From Sphaerodactylus townsendi (taxonomy: Eukaryota): a stretch of 64,000 bases of DNA. The notes below the pieces were generated by a model. It was given only the letters and a program-made list of their open reading frames with translations. It was not told the origin of the DNA and made no database searches. Below are positions 52,301 through 64,000 of this stretch, one piece after another. Within the stretch, counting starts at the first letter, position 1. Each line of letters begins with the position of its first letter. A program made the translations under genes and the position numbers. The stretch is taken from positions 32,240,001 to 32,304,000 of the forward strand of contig NC_059429.1 of the NCBI RefSeq assembly GCF_021028975.2, given 5' to 3'.

Positions 52301-52831
52301 AGGATTCCTGAGAAACTTTCGGGTTTACCTGAAGCCTGCTACCACCATATCAATGATTTTACAAAGCCCTAAGAGTGCAAGGTATATAGAAGCTGTTAAA
52401 GAACAATGCTTCCTGTGATGATGTTACAGTAATGATCAAAATGCTACAGATCTGACCTATGATGATTTAGGTGAGCAAGTGAAGGACATGGTGGTTCCTG
52501 GCAAAGGGCTTCATAAATTGCTAATTAAACCATTTTGGCAAGTTTCATATCTGTTTTGTTTGCTTGTTAGTAAGAAAGATAGCAACTACATAAAAATATA
52601 AGGCACAGCTATTAGCCTTCTAAAATTATTTTTGATAACAGTGATTAAAAGTGTGAGAGTTTTACAGTCTCAGTGAATTTAACAAAATTTCAGCTCAAAT
52701 GGCCCCTAATGAGGCTGCACTACAAAAGGGTCAATGAGGAAGCCACATTACTGAAAATTTAACCAGAGTTATGTAACAGAAAAGGTTCAGGCCACCCTAC
52801 CACATTTCCTGCCGATGCAAGTCCCCCCAAC

Positions 52832-53011
52832 CAGAGGTGGGATCCAACCAGTTCTTCTAGAGAAGTGGTTACTAATTTTTTCTGAGTGCCGAGAACGGGT
52901 TACTAAAGCAACCCCGCTGCCCAATAGAGACCGGAGGTGCGTGTGTGCGGCCACTGTTTGAATCCCACCACCATTGTAACCTGTTATTAAAATTTTTGGA
53001 TCCCACCACTG
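52832..53011. mobile_element. hAT-type MITE
   Basis: TIR cagaggtgggatcc / ggatcccaccactg; perfect 8-bp TSD cccccaac. Confidence 0.88.
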
Positions 53012-53933
53012 CCCCCAACCTATGTGTTTTGCCAGACATCTTATTGCTTTTTCCCCACCCACACCTATTTCAGGTGTGAGAACAAATCTTGAATGCAGGA
53101 TTTTCCCTCCCTCACTTATTAGAAGCTAACTTCTGTGCATCCAATGGAAAGACTCCATCTGGACACATAGGTTCTGGATCTTGTTTCTAATCTGTATTTG
53201 CATATAGAGACATGAATCCACATTAATGACTTAAAAGTAAATTTCTGATGTTGAAAACAGTCCTCATTGTCAAGAAGGTTGGGAACCACTGGTCTGAAAC
53301 ATATTGGCAGGTTAGCAGTTTCCACAAACCTAGACTTGGGTGGCAAAAGAAAATCAGGAATAGCACAGCACAAGCAAATAAGGACTTGTGCCAGACAGCC
53401 ACATTAATGAGTTCAACGGTGCTTTATATAATAGACAAAAGACTAACCCTGAGTCACTGGCTGGCAGGAGAGACCAAAAAGCTGCATAGGATAAATCTCT
53501 TTAAAGACTATGTGTGTGGCTATTTAATTATTTGACATGTAACTGGAAATATGTCTTCTGACTCACTGCGCTACTATTGTCTAAGCCCACTGAAACTAGC
53601 GGATTCAAACCCTTAGGCTGGAATAGCCCTGCCCAGGATTGTACTTAAACACCACTTTTAAAAGGTACTTGCAAAAGTTAAATGGGCAACAACAACAGTG
53701 CAGTGGATCTGTTTTAATTTAGAAACATTAAAATAAATTCTGCTTCAATTTTGAAAAGTTTTTCTTTCTGAAAAAAAATGTGGACAGTGTTGTAAATGTC
53801 ATACTGCATTTCAGTACTCTGGTAAGATAAAAATATGCAGTACCACTTGTTGCAGATAAGGAAGTCTAGGGTACACTGGGGTACAGTAAACTAGAGAAGA
53901 TTCAAGCAAGCTGTTAAAACACTCATTCACATA

Positions 53934-54179
53934 GAAGAAGAGTTGGTTTTTATACCCTGCTTTTCTCTACTGTAAGGCGTCTCAAAGCGACTTGCAATCA
54001 CATTCCCTTCCTCCCCCCACAACAGACACCTTGTGAGGTAGGTGGGGCTGAAAGAGTTCTGAAAGAACTGTAACTGGCCCAAGGTCACCCAGCAGGATTC
54101 CTGTGGAGGGGTGGGGACTCAAACCTGTTTCTCCAGATTAGAGTCTGCTGCTCTTAACCATGATACCACACTGGCTCTC
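53934..54179 (-). mobile_element. Squam3-like SINE
   Basis: Full head-to-tail reverse copy. Confidence 0.8.
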
Positions 54180-54713
54180 AATGTGGTGATAAACACATCA
54201 TGAGAGAGCTTTCCTTTCCTTGATAGGTATTGCTTCAGTATGTCAAAAAAGTTATCACCTTGGAAGACAATATGCAGGAGAAAGCCCCGTTTGATCAGGG
54301 TCTCCTACTTCGTAATTGCAGTCTCTATATGAAACATAATCATATAGATCACCCACTTTTAATTGCAGGACTTCCTGTAGTTCAGAATAGATTCACATTT
54401 CCTATTGCCCAAGTACTTCAATGTTAGCCTTTTTCTGAATATTTGCAACTGAAACTTTGGGATAGTTAAATCTTTCCCTTTATCTTTAAGGCAATTAGAT
54501 CATGGACCCCTTCATTCTCAGAAGAATACAAGTCACTGCTGACCTAAAAGTTTTCCTTATGCGCAGGATGAGAAGGGGAAAGGGTAGTAACAATGAGTCA
54601 AGTGCTACATACCAGCTGTAGCATAAACATAGAATCGCAGGAGTACCTTGATTTAAAAATGCATTTGCTGATCCAGGCCCGTACAATGAATTTAAATGCT
54701 GCGAAGTAGTAGT

Positions 54714-54998
54714 AGAAGAAGAGTTTGGATTTATACTCCACTTTTCTCAACCATAAGAAGTCTCAAAGTGGCTTACAAACTCCTTCCCTTCCTCTCCCCA
54801 CAATAGACATCTTGTGGGGCAGGTGGGGCTGAGAGAGCTCTGAGAGAACTGTGACTAGCCTAAGGTCACCCAGCAGGCTTCATGTGGAAGAATGGTGAAA
54901 TAAACCTGGTTCACCAGATTATGTAGAGGAGTAGGGAATCAAACCCAGTTCTCCAGATTACAGTCCACCACTCTTAACCACTACACCATTCTGACTCT
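54714..54998 (-). mobile_element. Squam3-like SINE
   Basis: Reverse copy with duplicated head segment. Confidence 0.8.
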
Positions 54999-55175
54999 TA
55001 AAGTAATCTAAGAGGAGATTATATTCAAAATAAAACAGAAGATACATCTGTGAGGCAAACCACAACTAAGATTAGTCAAACAGAAGAGTTTGTTTTCTTT
55101 GTGATGTTTTCACAAAAGAGAGATGGAGTCCTGAGTAATCCTTGTTGGAAATGTACCTTTCCCCTCCAAAATTTC

Positions 55176-55721
55176 TTATGACTTATTCCCATTGCTACTG
55201 GAAATCTGGTCACTTGAAATGTTTAAGCCATCCTTGAAAGCAGAAGTCATTTTACACAAAGACACCACTTCATGAAGCAGCCCACCCTCCTCTAGGATTT
55301 CACTTTCTTTTTTAAGTTCTTTCTCCCAAGGAACTAGAGTGGATGGACTCTGGATCACGTTTGACGACCCTGGATCCACTGTTGTACCACTTAGTGTTTT
55401 ATTCCATTTTGTCTCCTTCACAGGTAAGCCTCTTGGAGAACACAGATGCATAGTTTCTTGAGACTGGTTTGCAGATTTCATACAAGTTTTAAGGTGGCCC
55501 ATGCTGTCAGAGCTGAAGGCAGAGGAAGGATTTTCTTTTTCCAGCGCAAAGGGAGATTCTGTGCGGCTGAGGCTAGAAGGAGCACGTTTCCTTGGTGATG
55601 GGGGAAGCTGTTTCCCACTGAGGACACTGTCATCTTGCCCGAGATTCCACTCTCCTTGATCAGAAGTAAAACCGCTGCAAAGCAGAGCAAGATTGCTCTC
55701 ACTCGGGGTGTTGGATTTATT
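55176..55721 (-). CDS. DENND1B: DENND1B (connecdenn 2) last coding exon
   Basis: tctttatttcAG|. NKSNTPSESNLALLC...EWNLGQDDS...LPPSPRKR...VPWEKE...GLLHEVVSLC...NGNKS* matches the human C-terminus. Confidence 0.93.
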   Translation of the reverse strand, partial: NKSNTPSESNLALLCSGFTSDQGEWNLGQDDSVLSGKQLPPSPRKRAPSSLSRTESPFALEKENPSSAFSSDSMGHLKTCMKSANQSQETMHLCSPRGLPVKETKWNKTLSGTTVDPGSSNVIQSPSTLVPWEKELKKESEILEEGGLLHEVVSLCKMTSAFKDGLNISSDQISSSNGNKS

Positions 55722-57286
55722 CTGAAATAAAGAATGCACATTTATATTGCATGAGGCTTCCTGGCTGTGGCTTTACTGAAACAAGAACAATGTTTTCCTG
55801 ACTGGACTAATTGTGCTTCACTGAAATGATTATGAACTAAACTTACAAAAAGATTTATCCCCAGCAAATATTTAACATGATGACAGTTTGGATCCCCTCC
55901 AACTCTGAGGTTAATGGAGCTTCAAAGCATGAAGAATGCAGATCTGTGTTTTTCAGTACATGTAAAAAAAAAACTGGGCACCTTCAGAGGACTCCCCTCC
56001 CTATTGTGATTCTGTTGACAGGAAGTAGTCAGGTATGGGGTCAGCATTCAAAGACACAGTGAGTTATCTCCACTGAGGGTAGGCAACTCAGCACGAATGC
56101 AACAAAATTAATCAGACCTAGCAAAAGCTGATTGGAAGGAGTTAAGCACAGGGAGAAGTAGCTTGGGTGCACAGAAGCCATTAACAAACACATGAAGCTA
56201 CCTTAAATTAAATGAGATCTTTGGTCTATCAAAGTCCGTATTGCCTACTCTGACAGGCAACTACTCTCTAGGACCTCAGGCAGAGGTCTTTCACATCAAC
56301 TGCTTGATCCACTTAAGTGGAGATGGCAAGGATTGAACCTGGAACCTCCTGCATGTAAAGAAGATTCCTATCCACTGAGCCAGGGCCTCTTCAGCATGCT
56401 AACACTTCCCTCATGGTGCACAGTTTGGAAATGACTGTCCTTATTGCCAGTGAGGTTTTTGCCTTGATCTGGGTTTCACCTTGGAATAACTGATGGTATA
56501 GATAATAGTCTGGTCAATATCACACATAATAGCCTAGTCAATATCACACATGGGCAGAGTTCACAGTGCGCAACAAATACAGTTGTTTATACCACTTGAA
56601 CATGGATATAGGCACATACTGTAAAGTTGAGCAAGTGATAGTGAATGAGAGGATTCTTGTAATTATTCCCACATCTGAGGGTTATCTTTTCCACTGACAT
56701 AAACTAAATTTTCTGACTCTTCTACCTCAGTCCCACATCTGGTCCCTGGATGGCCATCACCAGCTTGGATTCCTTCAGAAAATACATGGTTAAAATTGCT
56801 TTGTTCTAAACAAAAGTAAGCTATACTCACACTAGACTTCAAGTGTTTTACCTTTGTTAGAGCATGACTGATCGGTCACCCTTCCTTCGCTATCATTACA
56901 GATTTGTGATTTTATGAGAACATCCTGTATCAGATCGTTTGAAACCATTTATTCAAACCATATATTCTTATATCTGCGTGTACTGTTCTACAGGTGGCTG
57001 AATCCTCTCCCCGTAATAACAACCTTAAAGCCCAAACCCCACAAGAATAACACTGGTAGATCTGATAAAAGGCCAGTCTAACCCAGAATCCCATTTCCCC
57101 GTGGACCTCTAATTGTAGTCTGGTAGTCCTCTTACTTTAACCTGGAGTACATGATTACTGGAGAATTAGCATATACTCAAGATCAGAAAACATCTGTTTT
57201 GGCCATTTGTGTGGAGGTCCCACCACTAAATACAGGTTATCATGTAAAAGAAAGGAAGCTGTTTTTGTAAACTGGGAGGAACGAAC

Positions 57287-57503
57287 CACTGTCTTGTAAT
57301 CAATATCATCCATAGATCGAAAGAAGTCCAGGCTCTTGGCTCCTGAAAGCTTTCCTAGGTCAGAACTATGTGTGCTTAAAGTGTCCAAAATCTCTCCCAG
57401 CAAGTCCATTTCTCCCGGGGTCACAGATGTTTTGGTCATTTCTCCCGAGTCATCACTGTCATCCAAATAATAAGATATTTCCTCGCTGTCTTCAGATGAC
57501 AAC
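57287..57503 (-). CDS. DENND1B: DENND1B penultimate coding exon
   Basis: tttttAG|. LSSEDSEE...GEMDLLGEILDTLSTHSSDLGKLSGAKSLDFFRSMDDIDYKTV; donor GTtcgt (an alternative GT lies 3 nt earlier). Confidence 0.93.
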
Positions 57504-58601
57504 CTAAAAAACAAATAAACCCAGAAAGCCACTTCATTATTGTTGCTCGTTATGACCATAAGAATGAGTTTGGGGGAAATACGAATGATTTATTAGGAGC
57601 AATGATTTCCTTAACACCATTTGCTTCACCAGATTAACTCTTTGAATTCATCAGGTGAAACAAAGATTTTAACATAACACTGATTAACCAGTGCCTTAAA
57701 CATCACACAATATTTGGATGAATTTAATATCTTCCTGACTTCTTTTAAAGCATAAAGATGTATTAAGTGCATTGTAGTGCCTGAAATTGCATGTGTTTTT
57801 ATTCACACCAAAAACATTTAGCAAATTGTGTAAGTCTTCTTTTTTCTGACATCCTGAGGGAAAAAAGGATAAGATTGCTCCTCCTTGTTCTTTGCTTAGG
57901 ATGGAAGGCTAGCAAACAGTTTATTGCTGCAGGCAGAAAAAATGTACACCTATAATGCATTGTGACAATTCCTTGATGAGTGCACTTGTGTGTGTGAAAA
58001 GCTCACTCTGGAAAAGATAGACCCATAATCCAACTCTGTGAAAAGTTTGTGGCTGCAAATGCTATTGTGGGGAAACCAAGCCCTGAGATTTATTCATGTA
58101 ACTATTTATCCCCAATGGGAGACCAAAGTGGTTTACAGAATTGTTCTTTCCTCCATTTTATTCTCACAACCAATCGCCTTGTGAGATTATGCTGAGAGTG
58201 AGTGACTGGTCCAAGGTCATGAAATCCGGATCAGTTTTAATGTGTTCAGTTATTCAGAAACTTACCTAGCTTTGATCACTGTTTGCTTATCATGGATATT
58301 CTCTTAAGAGTATTATATGTAGAACTGAATTCACAATGCCATGTAACAGTGGTGTTAGGACAATGTTTTCCAAACTTCTAATAGATTGCCATGTTTTTAA
58401 ATTTAAAATTGGAAGCACATGTTGCTCTGATCAACTGAAAAAGGCTTACTATTAGGAATTACCCTTTTTCAGAAGTCCTCCCAAGCCAGTGTTCCCATAT
58501 GAGTAACTGATCTGGACATCTCTTGAAACTGGACAGATACTCATGCACTGATATAACAGGCAACCTCCTCTAAATATAGGAACTCTACAATGTTAACTTA
58601 C

Positions 58602-58678
58602 TTGCTTGCTCTTTCCACTTCATCATCAGCATCTTCATCCAAGGCAGAATCATGTGGGATTGGATGCCCAAACCGCGT
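58602..58678 (-). CDS. DENND1B: DENND1B coding exon
   Basis: cttctttgcAG| and |GTAAGT, 77 bp. TRFGHPIPHDSALDEDADDEVERAS(K), joins the next exon in phase as ERASKLSSED. Confidence 0.88.
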
Positions 58679-59052
58679 CTGCAAAGAAGTTATTTTTTTT
58701 TAGCAATACCATATATTCTAATGGTATAATAGCTATTTAACTGCAATTTTGAAGCAGATCAAACTAGCTTTATTTTAAAAGGACACTGTAAACAATACAA
58801 AGCTTACCAGAAATCCAATAGCAATGTTGTATTTTGATTCAACGAAAGCATTGTTCTACATATGTGACTCAAGGTAAATAAAAAAATGAATACATGGCAT
58901 TAAATATGCCAAACTTAAATTATTGTACAATCATCATCTATACATACAATACTGTGAGTGACTAGAACTTTCATAGTTCTGGAAGATTTTAACATGAGAT
59001 AATTTAAATGATAGAACAGTTTACATAGTGGACTTAAGAAAATGTTTACTAA

Positions 59053-59808
59053 TGTCCGGGGGTCGCCGCGCCGGCTCGCCCCGGCCGTGGACAGCCGGGA
59101 GGCGAGGCGAGCAGCGGGCCGGCAGCGGGACCCAGCAGCGACCGGCCTGACGGAGAGAACACCTGCGGGGTTTCGGGCCGGCCGGGAGACGGCCGCGAAG
59201 CGGCGCAGCTGCGGCTGGTCAAGCCGGCGGCTGGGTGCAGCCGGCGCGAGAGCGAGGCTGGGAATGCCCCCGTCGCCCCGTCGAGGCTTGAAAAGGGGCG
59301 AAGAGACGGGAGAGCGAGGCTGCTGGCCGAAACAGGTCGTGGGAGGGTCTTGCGGGAGCCGCCGGAGGGAGCGCGAAGGAGCGTGGGGAGAGGGCTGCAA
59401 GAGATAGAGAGAGGAGAGAGCGAGCGAGAACAGAGAAGCGTGTGAGAGAGGAGAGAGACAGAACGAATGAGCAGGAGAAGGAGGAAAGAGGGAGAGCAGA
59501 AACACAAGTGAGAGAGGAGGGAGAGAGAGCGGCGGAGGAGCAGGGGAGCGAAGGGAGGCAAGGGGGGAAAGGGAGGCTGGACGGGGTGACCATAGGAGGG
59601 GCTGAGGACCCCATCCGCGCTTAGAGCGCGCCTCTTCCCCTAGAGGCTTCTTCCCCTCCTCCCTCCACGGGCACCCTGTGGTTCAGGCAGCTGACTACTT
59701 TACAAGCCCCAAAGACCGGGGCCACGGACGAGGAGACCAACACCTCGGAGAGGGACGGTGGGACGGCTTGTCAGCCCGAACTGCGGGAGGGGGAGGGAGA
59801 ACGCCACA
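59053..59808. mobile_element. GC-rich solo LTR-like insertion (CpG island-like)
   Basis: TGT...ACA termini, near-TSD actaa/acgaa, sharp compositional borders. Confidence 0.7.
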
Positions 59809-60204
59809 ACGAACTTTAGAATGGTTATCCACAGGAACAAGGAAATGCTTTTGTGCTTACTATTTCCTTGTTGTGAATTCAATCAGTCAGTCAGTGGCTT
59901 TTATTAGCATAAAACAACAACATAATGTAAAATAATTAAGTATAAATCAACAGCAATAGTCAAGTAAAATTGTTGTGAAATCATTAACTATTGCTGTTAG
60001 CATCTGACAATATAAATAGGATTAGGGTTGATCAAAAACAAATTAAAACAACATATATGCTGACAATGTTATGCTGTAGATAGATACAACTAAAATACAA
60101 CTTCTCAGGCAAGTGGTTTACATTTAATTTCTTTTCAAATTAGTACAAGAAAAGTTTGCGTACAAAGTACTAGTACATTCAAAGCCTCTCCCCATGTTGC
60201 CTCA

Positions 60205-60640
60205 CCAGGCCCCTCCTTTTGTTGGAGGGGAATCTGCTGGAGATCCCTGGTCCAGAGGAAATCTGTCTGGCTTCTACAAGGGCCAGGAGGGTTTTTCAGC
60301 CCCGGTCCCTACCTGGTGGAATAAGCTCCCCAGGGAGATCAGGGCCCTGTGGGACCTGAATGAATTCCGCAGGGCCTGTAAGGCAGAGCTTTTCGACCAG
60401 GCTGTTCCATCTTGCCAGCTGACCTGACCGCTGTCATCATTGGCCTCCCATGGGTGCAGTTGGGGGGGGGGTGTTACTGCCATCTGTCAGTTATTTTAAT
60501 GTTTTAATACTGATTGCTGTTTTATGATTGTTTCAATCTGTATTTATTTGATGTTTGCAGTGCTGAGCCCAATTGGGAAAGGGTGGGGTATAAATGTGAA
60601 AAATAAATAAATATAAATAAATAAATAAATAAATAAATAA
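60205..60640 (+). mobile_element. L2 LINE 3' fragment with (TAAA)n tail
   Basis: FSAPVPTWWNKLPREIRALWDLNEFRRACKAELF is an L2-type ORF2 end. Confidence 0.8.
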
Positions 60641-61764
60641 AAGTGCTAAACAAATTTAGCAAAGCACTTCTAAATGTGTGTGTATACATATATACACATA
60701 CAGACATGAATACTCTGCATACTTGTGCCCATGTTTAATTTTAATTCTGGACAATCAAAACAGCTGTTCCTAGAATAAAAGACTGCATTTAAGATTTCAG
60801 AGGCACCACCCATGATAATTAGCTTTTATAAAACTAAATTAAAAGCGATCTTTGCTTTCCTGTATTCAAAGTTCTTCTTACCTTGCATTTCTAAGCTTAC
60901 CAAATATAAAGATATGAGAGGAATAGTCTCTCCTCCCTTCATTAAAATATGGATGCATTATTTCTGTCAACAGAATTAAAATCTCTTGGGACTACCCTGA
61001 AGGTCCATAGCCTGGTTTCAGAAAACAATGAATATTCAGCTTGTAAATATGGCAGGTTAAAAAAGAAAAAAAAAGTGCCCTTGGGAAATGGAAACTGAAT
61101 ACTCCAATTAGAGTTGGCAAAAATCCACTGAAAGTAACAGTTACCCTCATCTTCATTACTTTAAAAAAATCCCACAGAAATCGTGTTCTGCCAGTGTTTT
61201 ACTTACTTACAGCACTGATACAGTTGGGGCAGAAACGATTCCCATTTAGAAATGAAATTAATAGGTACTCTCTTGTAGCCTAACAGTATAGTAGTAGGGC
61301 AGTGATCGACTTCCATTTTCTGTTACAGCTAGGCATTTGCTGACATTTAAAAATTTAGGGATGTCTATACGAAGGACAATCCTTGCATAAAATTAGTGAA
61401 GAAATGTCAATGCTCCAAATGCTTTTAGAGATTCAATGTTGACAGTCATTTCTCATACTTTTAATGAGAAACGGATCTTAGAATGTCCACCCCGTTCATT
61501 TTCACAGCGATTCCAAGAGGAAGACTGCTCTCATTTTAATTACAGTGATTTCGACCCAGCAACTTACAAGACAACCTTGATTTCTGCCACATGGCTTTCC
61601 CACTTCCCACCTGAGGGGTTTTTAAAATTTGGGGTGGGGGTGGGGTATCTTCAGAAACAAGTTTGCATGTGGCACGGAAAACTGAGATAGGGCAAGAAAA
61701 AATAGGGGAAAATCTGCTCAATGGCTTGTCTGAATCCAAGCTGGCAAAACCCTAAGAGCACTTA

Positions 61765-61894
61765 GGCTGATTCCGCATGGGCTAAAAACAGCAGTGTGAA
61801 AACAGTGTGAAAACAATATAAACCCTTTTACACCATTTTAAACCTTTTAACATCATTTTCACACCGCTTCTTTTTGGCCCATGCAGAATCAGCC
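61765..61894. mobile_element. Harbinger-type MITE
   Basis: TIR ggctgattccgcatgggc / gcccatgcagaatcagcc; TSD TTA. Confidence 0.85.
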
Positions 61895-64000
61895 TTAGTG
61901 AGGCATATAACATGTCAAAGCTGTTCTGCTATATTTCAGCTGTGTAATACTGCAATATTCAGTCAACATATAGTGGATACACTTGCTGCATGAAAGAATG
62001 GATTTCCGTGGGAGCTGAAACTGTCTGGTCTCAAGGTAACAACTAGAAAAACCTCTTGTTCGATCTCTGGAAGCTGGTCAAATTCCATTTAGGAGGCCAA
62101 GTGCCAGGACTTGCAGCTGGGGTTGTGTACTTGGTATGCTTGAAATAAAACTCACCCTTTTTATTTTAGTGGGAGTTCTCTTTTTGCAGGTGGATCACTT
62201 CTGTTAGGGCTTTAAAATTTTAGCTGAATTTGTGTATGTTTAGATTTTATAACAAAATTTGTATATTCAGGAAGGGAGAACCTTTTGCCAAATAGTGTAG
62301 GAAATCATACAAAAACTCAAAGACAGTTCAGATAGAGCTGTGCAAAACCCTCCAAGTTTGATGCTAAAGATTTGAGCCAAACTACTGAGTCTGTATATGC
62401 TTGAAAGGAAGATGAACTTGAATGTAAGACAAGCCCCTTAAAAACGTCATTTGTATGTGAATCTAAAATGACTTTTGATGGCATACTTGTGGAAGAAATC
62501 ACCCAGCCTTGAATTTGAGTAAATACTGTATGCAATCTTTGGAGCAAAGAACCTCCCATGCCTTGGGAACAAGAGAGCAGCACCATCCCCAAGTTCATTT
62601 GACCTGTGTGGGAAGTTCCTCAGTTTGATTGCGTTGAAGTTTAAGGCAGTTGTTCTCGTTGGAGGCATGGTGTTCGAGCAGGGCATTTACCCGTCACATG
62701 GGCTGAAGCAGAACTTACATGGTGTATATGAAGGGACTTTGGCAAAGCTCAATTCAACTCTTTTGATCTTCAGGGATGAAGCTCCCCTGACCTTCAAACT
62801 AACTCATACAGTTTCCTAAGCCTGCATAGTTCTGTCTGAGTTATCATTAGTGCCCAGGATTTCTCCCAAACACAAACAACACTTTGAGGGTACAATTAAG
62901 AGCATGCTAGCTTTTTGACAACGATGAAAGTGAAAAACAGAAAAAATCATGAAAAAATTAGGCTCAGTGTGGGAGGGAAGAGGAATAATTGGTTTAGCTT
63001 ATCAGTGGAGACATTACGGGCTCTACCCAATAGCTGCTTGTCCATAGCAGATAATTTGAAACATACTTTTAAAGTTCTTATGAACTGTAAGAAACACCAA
63101 CACAAGGGAGAGGCACATAGGATTATTGGGGTGGGGGTGGGGGTGGAGTTTAATAAATCATTAAAGGAGAGCAGTAAATCTTTTCTAAAATTTGACCAGA
63201 TGAAGCAACATAGAATGTCCACCTGGAAAAATGTCAGTCATTTAGGATAACTTTTCTTCACTGATGCCGCCTGTTGTTTGCAGTTATTTAAACTTTTAAT
63301 TTCTGTCTTTTCTGTATTTTTGTGTGTGCACATTTTTCTCTACTGTTTTTGGAGGGAAAAAAAACCCACACTGTTTCCTTCCTGATCAGTATTCTAATAA
63401 TAACCAGACCTCTTCCATTTTATAAAAAGAAGGGGAAAAAATAGAATTTGTTTCAAGTTTTAGGAAAGTTGTATAAAGTTCTTAATTTGGGGGGGGGGGG
63501 CACTTGCACAAAATAGGTAACAAGTTTACCTAGCATCTGCCACTTCTACATATAGAATAAGTGCAACATCATTATAATTTGTGAACTCTTTGTACTGGAA
63601 AACAGCCAAGTTTTTGTTTGTTCAATTTAACCTGTAAGGGAATTTGTCCATTCTTGGGAGAACAGCTCCCTTTAAAGCGATCTGACAGAAACTTTATGCC
63701 TGTTTTGATACAGCTGGAACAGCAAGGGCATGCGAAGAAACATTCTCAGACTACTGCACACACTTGCTGGACTGCTTTGCCCCGGAGCTCTGTTTACATC
63801 TAAGACTGAATAATTTCCAAAAGAATTTTAAAACTCTCTTATTTGAACAAGCATTCAATGGCCAGAGCTGTGAAAGCTAAACTGACTATTTTGTTATTAT
63901 TGTTGCATTATTTATAACCATTGCTTCCTATCCTGAACTCTTGGAACAGAGAGAATGGAAATGGAGTTGACTAGGTAAATAAGAAAAATTGTGCAAGATC

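Noticed and set aside
58266-58377. Possible DENND1B cassette exon ending at a strong GTAAGT donor
   Set aside because: Weak acceptors and in-frame stops; no supporting homology.
58915-59614. Long ORFs in the GC-rich block
   Set aside because: Explained by base composition of the LTR-like insertion.
61980-62820. Further DENND1B exon or ORF
   Set aside because: No frame matches the expected upstream DENND1B peptide.

Overview
Vertebrate (squamate, most likely gecko, judging by the SINE/MITE content) genomic DNA covering the tail-to-tail junction of CRB1 (+ strand) and DENND1B (- strand). For CRB1 it contains the last three coding exons, the read-through exon 11b that encodes the CRB1-B C-terminus, and a 33.6-kb last intron. 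For DENND1B it contains the last three coding exons. The rest is mostly transposon-derived: a young, near full-length but frameshifted Ty1/copia LTR retrotransposon, several Harbinger-type and hAT MITEs, tRNA- and 5S-derived SINEs, CR1, L2, Penelope and DIRS-like fragments, and solo LTRs. Main leads: (i) the copia element has a half-tRNA(iMet) primer site plus a U5 hairpin whose loop is complementary to the tRNA D-arm, suggesting bipartite priming; (ii) a cryptic spliced minus-strand unit between the two genes has an intact 48-aa ORF, possibly the remnant of a ~128-codon gene; (iii) the CRB1-B tail is conserved; (iv) a near-perfect 46-bp Penelope hairpin lies in the CRB1 3'UTR. All family assignments come from recalled sequence motifs; no database search was run.
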